From Anthoceros angustus (lineage: Eukaryota > Plantae > Anthocerotophyta): 64,000 nucleotides of DNA. The stretch lies in NCBI GenBank assembly GCA_010909165.1, contig VJWM01000218.1, positions 253,994 through 317,993 on the forward strand. The letters are read 5' to 3'. A program made the position numbers and the translations under genes. The notes below the pieces were generated by a model that saw only the letters and a program-made list of their open reading frames with translations, made no database searches and was not told the DNA's origin. The number at the start of each line of letters is the position of its first letter. The stretch's first letter is position 1. Below are positions 29,645-40,610 of the stretch, piece after piece.

Positions 29645-31068
29645 TTAGGCACCGTATGGACAGCGTGGGGCAAGAGCCGCACAGAAACGGGCGTGATCGA
29701 GGAACGCCATCCAGCGGAGCAGGCATTCGTCGTGCGAGGAGAGAATAGCCCGGCATGCGAAAAAGGCGCGCACAAGAGGCTGGTCGGCCTGGGGCTCCGG
29801 AGCAGGAGGGGCGCAGGTGGCAGAAAACATGTGTCGGACAATGGCCTCTGGGTCCAGACCAGGAGTGGGCTGCGGTCGGATCATGAGAATTATGATAAGA
29901 GTGAGGACAGCTAACACAGTCAGCTTCATCTTCATGTTCTTGAACCATATGATAAGAGTGAGGACAGCTAACACAATCAGCTTCATCTTCATGTTCTTGA
30001 ACCACATAATCCATCGAAGCTGCCTACTCGGCATTCTGAAGTTGTCAGCCTGAGGACACACGGTGGCAAAGTTTGTCCGTCACAAAATGCTCTAGAAGTG
30101 ACCTTCTTTGCCATAGAGTCAGATCCTCTCTGCTCATAACGAATTCCAGCTTCCAGCCTTATTTTTGCGACCAAGAGGCAACACACTAACCTCAACGGCG
30201 AGCTTCTTTGCCTTGTCGAACACCAGTTTAATGTCCTCTCCCCTGTCACACACCTGTTCATCCGAAAGCACTGTTAGCGTCCGAGACGATGTGTACCGGA
30301 TGAAACCCCAGCCATGAAGTGCGAAAGAAAGGTTGATTGGTGCCAATCGTGAGTAAAGCTCCAGTCTAGGTCACAGCATATGGCCCCTTGCTCACCTTCT
30401 CAAAACAGTCCAGGAGGGTATCCTTCAATCTTGCAAGCTGCGATCTCAAAACCGAAATCTTGCTCATTTCCCCTGGATGACGGACACAGTACTTCATGTG
30501 CTGTTTCAACCTCGGGCTGAAAGGAACACAGCATACCAGAAAGATCAAAACCGCGTAAGCTTATAGAAATCCTCGGCAACACGTGAGGGCAATGAGGGTG
30601 CTGCAGTCCAATACCCAAACTCCTTGTCAAGACCGTGAGCAACAGCAGTGTGAGCCCTCCCCCCGCCATATTTGCTCTTGAAGTCCTGCTGAACTCGTGC
30701 CAAGAAGGCAAGTGGCAGCGAGCTTTCCATCCCTTCCTCTGCCACCACAAGATAGGCTGCAAAAGCACAACAAAGCACATTAGAAGGCAGGTGGAGGTCG
30801 GCAACGGCATCACCACATTCGTTTGCGCATCATGAGCAGCGAAGAGGCTAACAGAAGGAGCACAAGGCCACTTACTAAACCCATCCTCGATCAAATAGTG
30901 GAACGTGTACTTATCCCGCGTGTCCGTGACCTTGTGGTTGATGTGAAGGCGCAGTTCGTACAGGCGTCGTTGGGCCACCCTTTCGAAGCTCCCCGACACG
31001 ACACTGTACTCCGCTAGCACCTCCGTGCCCCGCGCCACAAAGCTGTAAGTGAGAGATTTGGGATCCAT
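29645..31068 (-). CDS. Divergent VAMP72 paralog A (duplicated juxtamembrane/TM segment, extended C-tail)
   Basis: Same five-exon layout as VAMP72: [21 protein letters not shown]...VCDRGEDIKLVFDK...MWFKNMKMKLIV. The spliced frame appears open. Confidence 0.75.
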
Positions 31069-31239
31069 CAGACACCGCTTCTCCAGCCCTCCAGCCCCCC
31101 AGCCCCCACACCGCTTCAGCTCAGCTCAGGACCCCGGCTCGGTGGTACTCGGCCTCACACTCGGTGCACACTTTGCATCCGACTCCGGCTTGCACACTGA
31201 AGGTGGCACTTGAAGGTGGAGGCCACCGACTGCTGTTGC

Positions 31240-32080
31240 AGGTTTCATAGGCCTCACCTTGGGGTGGGGCCATATTGGAACTTTGCCCGCCATATTGCAA
31301 AGTTGCCCAAATGGTTCCCGGAACTAGTTCCGGGAACTAGTTCCCGAAACTATAGTTCCCGGAACTAGTTCCCGGAACTATAGTTCCCGGAATGGTTGCC
31401 CAAATGGTTCCATACCCGATAGTAAGGTAGTAGCCAGTTCCACCTGGCAAAATCGCCTCACCTCATAGGCCCGCCAATAAAGGACATAGGCCCGGTACCC
31501 TTCCACCGCGGTTTTCCTCAACCTTGGAACAAAAGCGGCCATGGCAGGGCAATGGTTCCTCGTTTCACAAGACCGGTATATTTTCTAGTTTTGTAAGCGC
31601 CCTTTCGTACAAGTTGGATAACATCACAGTAAAAAAACTAATAAAAATGTGAATAAATAGGTCCCCTCTCTATAAATAGGCCCCCTCCCTATAAATAGGC
31701 CCCGCACCGCAGCGCGGAGGGTGGGGTAAAATTCAAGTTGCCCCACCCTTCTTACATACGGTGCAATGCACCGCATGTAAGCGGCCATGGCTTTCCTTAC
31801 ATGCCTCTTTTTGCGTGGCCACACGGGCACTAGTGAAGGGTCTAGAACAAGGCCACAAGCAAGGGGGCCCACCCCTACTTCCGCGCACCCCCTTGCTTGT
31901 GGCCTTGTTCTAGACTTGTTGTAAACCCTTGTTGTAGACCCTTGTTCGCACCGCAACGCCGGTACCCCACCTTCCTCCGCACCGCAGCACGCTGCGGTGC
32001 GGAGCGGAGGAAGGTGAGGAGGAGGGCAAAGGAGGGGGCCTCCATTGCCCTCCTCCTCCTCCTCCTCCTCCTTCCACCCT
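31240..32080. repeat. Palindrome-rich intergenic spacer (GGAACTAGTTCC array, CTATAAATAGG repeats, hairpin)
   Basis: Palindromic units at 31315-31395, tataaatagg repeats at 31652-31700, and an inverted repeat at about 31839-31915. Confidence 0.75.
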
Positions 32081-32242
32081 GGAAATCTGGTCTGGTGGTT
32101 GTAAATCCTCATATCCTTGCCTTACGGATCTCAGTTGCAGCTGGAGGTCCTCAACGAGGAGACGATAGCGCCGCGCGGTGCCTTGCCTTGCGAGATCACT
32201 CCTGTAGAGCCGATTGATTTCGGGGAGCTACTCTGAGCGCAG

Positions 32243-33618
32243 ATGGATCCCAAATCTTTCACTTACTGCTTTGTGGCGCGGGGCACGGAGGTGCTAGCGG
32301 AGTACAGTGTCGTGTCGGGGAGCTTCAAAAGGGTTGCCCAAGGACGCCTGCACGAATTGCGCCTTCACATCAACCACAAGGTCACGGACACGCGGGATAA
32401 GTACACGTTCCACTATTTGATCGAGGATGGGTTTAGTAAGTGGCCTTGTGCTCCTTCTGTTAGCCTCTTCGCTGCTCATGATGCGCAAACGAATGTGGTG
32501 ATGCTGCCGACCTCCACCTGCCTTCTAATGTGCTTTGTTGTGCTTTTGCAGCCTATCTTGTGGTGGCAGAGGAAGGGATGGAAAGCTCGCTGCCACTTGG
32601 CTTCTTGGCACGAGTTCAGCAGGACTTCAAGAGCAAATATGGCGGGGAGGGCTCACACTGCTGTTGCTCACGGTCTTGACAAGGAGTTTGGGTATTGGAC
32701 TGCAGCACCCTCATTGCCCTCACGTGTTGCCGAGGATTTCTATAAGCTTACGCGCTTTCATCATTCTGGCATGCTGTGTTCCTTTCAGCCCGAGGTTGAA
32801 ACAGCACATGCAGCACTGTGTCCGTCATGCAGGGAAATGAGCATGATTTCGGTTTTGAGATCGCAGCTTGCAAGATTGAAGGACACCTTCCTAGACTGTT
32901 TTGAGAAGGTGAGCAAGGGCCCATATGCTGTGACCTAGACTGGAGCTTTACTCACGATTTGCACCCATCAACCTTTCTTTTGCACTTCATGGCTGGGGTT
33001 TCATCCGGTACACATGTCTCGGACGCTAACAGTGCTTTCGGATGAACAGGTGTGTGATGGGGAGAGAACATTCAACTGGTGTTCGACAAGGTAAAGAAGC
33101 TCGCCGTTCAGGTTAGTGTGTTGCCTCTCGGTCGCAAAAATAAGGCTGGAACCTGGAATTCGTTGTGAGCAGAGAGGATCTGACTCTATGGCAAAGAAGG
33201 TCACTTCTAGAGCATTTTTGACACACACTTTGCCACCGTGTGTCCTCAGGCTGACAACTTGAGAAGGCTGAGTGGGCACCTTGAATGGTGGTTCAAGGAC
33301 ATGAAGATGAAGCTGATTGTGGTAGCTGTCCTCACTCTCATCATACTTCTCATGATCCGACGGCAGCCCACTCCTGCTCTGGACCCAGAGGCCATTGTCC
33401 GACACATATTTTCTGCCACCTGCGCCCCTCCTGCTCTGGACCCAGAGGCCATTGTCCGACACATGTTTTCTGCCACCTGCGCCCCTCCTGCTCCGGAGCC
33501 CCAGGCCGACAACCCTCTTCGAGGAGCGATTTTGGTGGGATTTGTGTATGGGCAAATGGATATAGCGATTTTGTGGGATTTCGTCAATGAAGAAGAAGAA
33601 GAAGAAGAATTTTATTGA
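32243..33618 (+). CDS. Divergent VAMP72 paralog B (frameshifts confined to G homopolymers)
   Basis: MDPKSFTYCFVARGTEVLAEY..., same exon layout, WWFKDMKMKLIV plus TM, then a duplicated PALDPEAIVRH(I/M)FSATCAP tail. It could be a pseudogene or contain sequencing errors. Confidence 0.6.
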
Positions 33619-33866
33619 AGTCCACTAAGGACGGATTTCCGTCATGGGACTTGGTACTTAACAACTTGTACCATGGTATGCCTAAGCTATGTACTTGCAC
33701 CAAGGGCATTCATTCCCTTTAGGCACCCCATCTAAGTACCGATCCAAGCGCAGGATGCTTAATAATCACGTTCTTATAAATGTGTGTCCATTTGGCCAAA
33801 GACATTATCTATGCGCTTCTATCTAGACACACTGTAGTAACATCTTCAGACAGCGGTCCTTGAACG

Positions 33867-34336
33867 ATGGCAACAACAACCGGACCCGCTATGGACCCAA
33901 CAAAATGGTGTGTGTGTGGATTCTACGAGGAGCGCTCACCTCATCGCAGCGAATCAATCCCAGGCAAACAAAGCCTCCAGGTGCAGCAGTGTAAGGAGCC
34001 CCAGCACTTCCACTTCCGAGAAAATGTGGGTGGGGACGGGTTTTCCAGCGATGGTCGTTGCCAGGAGCAGGAGCACTTGTGGCACAATTTTTCTGGACCC
34101 TACCATGTGGTGGGACAACAGACGAGATAAGAAGAGCTCCCGTTCGCCTGACTTCCGGCGTAAGGGGTCCGGCGAGGTGCTGTGGTTAAACAACATGTTT
34201 AAGCCAGCTTGGGTTGATGAGCAGCTCGTTTCCTTGGATATGCAGATGGGTCATGGTGCCTCTCCTTCCAAGTCGAGCTCCGGATAAGCCTGAACCTGGC
34301 AGGCGTGCAGGATCGGAATGGGGGGTAACGCTGGAA
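33867..34336 (+). other. Gene 5' fragment with an OSB-type PDF motif
   Basis: EHLWHNF/FLDPTMWWDNRRDKKSSRSPDFRRKGSGEVLWLNNMFKPAWVDEQL, with one frameshift in a T run. Cut off at 34336 by the fold-back. Confidence 0.75.
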
Positions 34337-37300
34337 CCGTGAGCAACAGCAGTGTGAGCCCTCCCCGCCATATTTGCTCTTGAAGTCCTGCTGAACTCGT
34401 GCCAAGAAGGCAAGTGGCAGCGAGCTTTCCATCCCTTCCTCTGCCACCACAAGATAGGCTGCAAAAGCACAACAAAGCACATTAGAAGGCAGGTGGAGGT
34501 CGGCAACGGCATCACCACATTCGTTTGCGCATCATGAGCAGCGAAGAGGCTAACAGAAGGAGCACAAGGCCACTTACTAAACCCATCCTCGATCAAATAG
34601 TGGAACGTGTACTTATCCCGCGTGTCCGTGACCTTGTGGTTGATGTGAAGGCGCAGTTCGTACAGGCGTCGTTGGGCCACCCTTTCGAAGCTCCCCGACA
34701 CGACACTGTACTCCGCTAGCACCTCCGTGCCCCGCGCCACAAAGCTGTAAGTGAGAGATTTGGGATCCATCTGCGCTCAGAGTAGCTCCCCGAAATCAAT
34801 CGGCTCTACAGGAGTGATCTCGCAAGGCAAGGCACGCGCGGCGCTATCGTCTCCTCGTTGAGGACCTCCAGCTGCAACTGAGATCCGTAAGGCAAGGATA
34901 TGAGGATTTACAACCACCAGACCAGATTTCCAGGGTGGAAGGAGGAGGAGGAGGAGGAGGAGGAGGAGGGCAATGGAGGCCCCTCCTATAAATAGGCCCC
35001 TCCTATAAATAGGCCCCTCCTATAAATAGGCCCCACCGCAGCGTGCTGCGGTGCGGAGAAGGTGGGTACCGGCGTTGCGGTGCGAACAAGGGTCTACAAC
35101 AAGGGTTTACAACAAGTCTAGAACAAGGCCACAAGCAAGGGGTGCGCGGAAGTAGGGGCGGCCCTGCTTGTGGCCTTGTTCTAGACCCTTCACTAGTGCC
35201 CGTGTGGCCACGCAAAGAGGCATGTAAGGAAAGCCATGGCCGCTTACATGCGGTGCATTGCACCGTATGTAAGAAGGGTGGGGGCAACCACCCTCCACCG
35301 CTGCGGTGCGGGGCCTATTTATAGGAGGGGCCTATTTATAGAGGGACCTATTTATTCACATTTTATTAGTTTTTTACTGTGATGTTATCCAACTTGTACG
35401 AAAGGGCGCTTACAAAACTAGAAAATATACCGGTCTTGTGTGAAACGAGGAACCATTGCCCTGCCATGGCCGCTTTTGTTCCAAGGTTGAGGAAAACCGC
35501 GGTGGAAGGGTACCGGGCCTATGTCCTTTATTGGCGGCCTATGAGGTGAGTGAGGCGATTTTGCCAGGTGGAACTGGCTACTACCTTACTATCGGGTATG
35601 GAACCATTTGGGCAACCATTCTGAACTATAGTTCCGGGAACTAGTTCTGAAACTATAGTTCCGGAACTAGTTCCCGGAACTAGTTCCGGGAACCATTTGG
35701 GCAACTTTGCAATATGGCGGGCAAAGTTCCATATGGCCCCACCCAAGGTGAGGCCTATGAAACCTGCAACAGCAGTCGGTGGCCTCCACCTTCAAGTGCC
35801 ACCTTCAGTGTGCAAGCCGGAGTCGGATGCAAAGTGTGCACTGAGTGTGAGGCCGAGTACCACCGAGCCGGGGTCCTGAGCTGAGCTGAAGCGGTGTGGG
35901 GCTGGGGGCTGGAGGGCTGGAGAAGCGGTGTCTGATGGATCCCAAATCTCTCACTTACAGCTTTGTGGCGCAGGGCACGGAGGTGCTGTGAGTACAGTGT
36001 CGTGTCGGGGAGCTTCGAAAGGGTGGCCCAACGACGCCTGTACAGAACTGCGCCTTCACATCAACCACAAGGTCACGGACACGCGGGATAAGTACACGTT
36101 CCACTATTTGATCGAGGATGGGTTTAGTAAGTGGCCTTGTGCTCCTTCTGTTAGCCTCTTCGCTGCTCATGATGCGCAAACGAATGTGGTGATGCCGTTG
36201 CCGACCTCCACCTGCCTTCTAATGTGCTTTGTTGTGCTTTTGCAGTCCTGCTGAACTCGTGCCAAGAAGGCAAGTGGCAGCGAGCTTTCCATCCCTTCCT
36301 CTGCCACCACAAGATAGGCTGCAAAAGCACAACAAAGCACATTAGAAGGCAGGTGGAGGTCGGCAACGGCATCACCACATCTGTTTGCGCATCATGAGCA
36401 GCGAAGAGGCAACAGAAGGAGCACAAGGCCACTTACTAAACCCATCCTCGATCAAATAGTGGAACGTGTACTTATCCCGCGTGTCCGTGACCTTGTGGTT
36501 GATGTGAAGGCGCAGTTCGTACAGGCGTCGTTGGGCCACCTTTCGAAGCTCCCTGACACGACACTGTACTCCGCTAGCACCTCCGTGCCCCGCGCCACAA
36601 AGCTGTAAGTGAGAGATTTGGGATCCATCAGACACCGCTTCCCAGCCCTCCAGCCCCCAGCCCCCACACCGCTTCAGCTCAGCTCAGGACCCCGGCTCGG
36701 TGGTACTCGGCCTCACACTCAGTGCACACTTTGCATCCGACCGGCTTTCTGCACACTGAAGGTGGCACTTGAAGGTGGAGGCCACCGACTGCTGTTGCAG
36801 GTTTCATAGGCCTCACCTTGGGGTGGGGCTTGCATTGGAACTTTGCCCGCCATATTGCAAAAGTTGCCCAAATGGTTCCGGAACTAGTTCCGGGAACTAG
36901 TTCGAAAACTATAGTTCCTGAACTAGTTCCGGAACTATAGTTCCCGGAATGGTTGCCCAAATGGTTCCATACCCGATAGTAAGGTAGTAGCCAGTTCCAC
37001 CTGGCAAAATCGCCTCACCTCATAGGCCCGCCAATAAAGGACATAGGCCCGGTACCCTTCCACCGCGGTTTTCCTCAACCTTGGAACAAAAGCGGCCATG
37101 GCAGGGCAATGGTTCCTCGTTTCACAAGACCGGTATATTTTCTAGTTTTGTAAGCGCCCTTTCGTACAAGTTGGATAACATCACAGTAAAAAAACTAATA
37201 AATGTGAATAAATAGGTCCCTCTATAAATAGGCCCCTCCTATAAATAGGCTGGCACCGCAGCGCGGAGGTGGGTAAAAGTTGCCCCACCTTCCTTACATA

Positions 37301-38216
37301 CGGTGCAATGCACCGTGCATGTAAGCGGCCATGGCTTTCCTTACATGCCTCTTTTGCGTGGCCACACGGGCATAGTGAAGGGTCTAAACACACAAGCTGG
37401 GGCCCACCTACTTCCGCGCACCCCTTGCTTGTGGCCTTGTTCTAGACTTGTTGTAAACCCTTGTTGTAGACCCTTGTTCGCACCTGCAACGCTGGTACCC
37501 ACCTTCCTCCGCACCGCAGCACGCTGCGGTGTGGAGTGGAGGAAGGTGAGAGGAGGGCAAAGGAGGGGGCCCATTGCCCTCCTCCTCCTCCTCCTCCTCC
37601 TTCCACCCTGGAAATCTGGTCTGGTGTTGTAAATCCTCATATCCTTGCCTTACGGATCTCAGTTGCAGCTGGAGGTCCTCAACGAGGAGACGATAGCGCC
37701 GCGCGTGCCTTGCCTTGCGAGATCACTCCTGTAGAGCCGATTGATTTGGGGGAGCTACTCTGAGCGCAGATGGATCCCAAATCTTCACTTACTGCTTTGT
37801 GGCGCGGGGCACGGAGGTGCTAGGAGTACAGTGTCGTGTCGGGGAGCTTCAAAAGGGTTGCCCAAGGACGCCTGCACGAATTGCGCCTTCACATCAACCA
37901 CAAGGTCACGGACACGCGGGATAAGTACACGTTCCACTATTTGATCGAGGATGGGTTTAGTAAGTGGCCTTACCCTGCCGTGTGTTAAGTTGCTCCTTCT
38001 GTTAGCCTCTTCGCTGCTCATGATGCGCAAACGAATGTGGTGATGCCGTTGCCGACCTCCACCTGCCTTCTAATGTGCTTTGTTGTGCTTTTGCAGCCTA
38101 TCTTGTGGTGGCAGAGGAAGGGATGGAAAAGCCGCTGCCACTTGGCTTCTTGGCACGAGTTCAGCAGGACTTCAGGAGCAAATATGGCGGGGGAGGCTCA
38201 CACTGCTTGCTCACGG
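34337..38216. repeat. About 1.9-kb-arm inverted repeat (arms 34337-36245 and 36319-38216) containing truncated VAMP72-like copies at 34337-34770(-), 35935-36245(+) and 36246-36628(-)
   Basis: The left arm is the reverse complement of about 30810-32675 and of the right arm. Confidence 0.85.
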
Positions 38217-39553
38217 TCTTGACAAGGAGTTTGGGTATTGGACTGCAGCACCCTCATTGCCCTCACGTGTTGCCGAGGATTTCTATAAGCTTACGCGCTT
38301 TTCATCATTCTGGCATGCTGTGTTCCTTTCAGCCCGAGGTTGAAACAGCACATGCAGCACTGTGTCCGTCATGCAGGGAAATGAGCATGATTTCGGTTTT
38401 GAGATCGCAGCTTGCAAGATTGAAGGACACCTTCCTAGACTGTTTTGAGAAGGTGAGCAAGGGCCCATATGCTGTGACCTAGACTGGAGCTTTACTCACG
38501 ATTTGCACCCCATCAACCTTTCTTTTGCACTTCATGGCTGGGGTTTCATCCGGTACACATGTCTCGGACGCTAACAGTGCTTTCGGATGAACAGGTGTGT
38601 GATGGGGAGAGAACATTCAACTGGTGTTCGACAAGGTAAAGAAGCTCGCCGTTCAGGTTAGTGTGTTGCCTCTCGGTCGCAAAAATAAGGCTGGAACCTG
38701 GAATTCGTTGTGAGCAGAGAGGATCTGACTCTATGGCAAAGAAGGTCACTTCTAGAGCATTTTTGTCTGGACACACACTTTGCCACCGTGTGTCCTCAGG
38801 CTGACAACTTGAGAAGGCTGAGTGGGCACCTTGAATGGTGGTTCAAGGACATGAAGATGAAGCTGATTGTGGTAGCTGTCCTCACTCTCATCATACTTCT
38901 CATGATCCGACGGCAGCCCACTCCTGCTCTGGACCCAGAGGCCATTGTCCGACACATATTTTCTGCCACCTGCGCCCCTCCTGCTCTGGACCCAGAGGCC
39001 ATTGTCCGACACATGTTTTCTGCCACCTGCGCCCCTCCTGCTCCGGAGCCCCAGGCCGACAACCCTCTTCGAGGAGCGATTTTTGGTGGGATTTGTATGG
39101 GCAAATGGATATAGCGATTTTGTGGGATTTCGTCAATGAAGAAGAAGAAGAAGAAGAAGAATTTTATTGAAGTCCACTAAGGACGGATTTCCGTCATGGG
39201 ACTTGGTACTTAACAACTTGTACCATGGTATGCCTAAGCTATGTACTTGCACCAAGGGCATTCATTCCCTTTAGGCACCCCATCTAAGTACCGATCCAAG
39301 CGCAGGATGCTTAATAATCACGTTCTTATAAATGTGTGTCCATTTTGGCCAAAGACATTATCTATGCGCTTCTATCTAGACACACTTCGTAGTAACATCT
39401 TCAGACAGCGGTCCTGAACGATGGCAACAGTATGGCAACCGGACCCGCTGTGGACCCAACAAAATGGTGTGTGTGCAGGATTCTACGAGGAGCCCCCGCT
39501 CACCTCATCGCAGCGAATCAATCCCAGGCAAACAAAGCCTTCAGGTGCAGCAG
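36246..39553. repeat. Direct duplicate of about 30683-33990, including a second copy of VAMP72 paralog B (about 37770-39170,+)
   Basis: Colinear and nearly identical, differing mainly by small indels. Confidence 0.88.
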
Positions 39554-40610
39554 GTCCACAGAGCAAATCATGCAGCAGAGGTGTAAGTAACGCCAGCGCC
39601 GAGAACCTTTTCCCCGGAGGATCACTTGACATGACGATCCCGGATCGGGTGACCTTTCGGGAGAGCGAGGCCAGCAAGGTTGCTATTGGTCAGATCAATG
39701 TCGGGAATGTTGGTTGATATTCAATCTTATCATGGAGATGGCCCAGCCTTCTCCGGCATTCATCCTCCTCTTCACTCTTGCATTCAGGTTCTGTTGGAAA
39801 AGCAACAGCATGAAAGATGATGCCATTGTCAGCTAAGAAGGATTTGGTTGTCGGCTGTTGTGAGCATAGCTAGACAGTGTTGAGGGATTGCAGTCTTTAA
39901 TTTGCTCGGGGACGCTCTTTGAAGAGCCTTTCCTGCACTTTTTCCCTAGAGTGGAGTTTGTCATCAAGTTTCCACAATGACGATCCAGGCGCTCGGCAGG
40001 GACAGCGATGTTATCCAGGTTGCCAAATCCAGCATGTCGGGAGGCAACGGGAGGACAGCTACGCGCGAAGAACTCGCAGCTGCAAGCACGTTTTCAACTT
40101 CTGTGAAAGCGTGCTGTACACCGCCTTGAGGGAGATGCGGGATGTACCTGCGCGTGCCAGCTCGATTCTATGACTACTATCTTCCTGTTCATCAATTTGC
40201 TCGGCTGACAAGATGCCACTAATCATGGGCTGCTTGATACGAACAGCAGAGGTGGACTTTGCCACCATGTTGTCCACTACCATCAAAACAGCTTGGAGAT
40301 GACATCCTACCACCACCATGGATTTCAGAAACTTCATCCCTCACGACCATCTCCTGAGAAAACACCCATTCTCGTGTATTCCTCTAGAGCATTGAACCCC
40401 TGCCTTGAAGTGACTCGTTTTTGGACAATCATCATCGAAAAGGATTTGCAACAGCTTAGGATCTCATCAAGTGCTGAAGGCAGGGTTGCTGGGGTTCTCA
40501 TGATAGCTCAGACACATCTGCACGTCTTCGAAAGCCTGAATCCAGAGAAGCATCACAGAATATAATGAGGATTCCACAGTGATGCACCTTTTCTTGCCAT
40601 CATGTGCTCA
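39545..40610. repeat. Duplicate of 44229-45553 (MIP2 segment) with an internal deletion of about 245 bp
   Basis: ggtgcagcaggtccacagagc...gccatcatgtgctca is present at both loci. The 44523-44767 portion is absent here. Confidence 0.88.
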
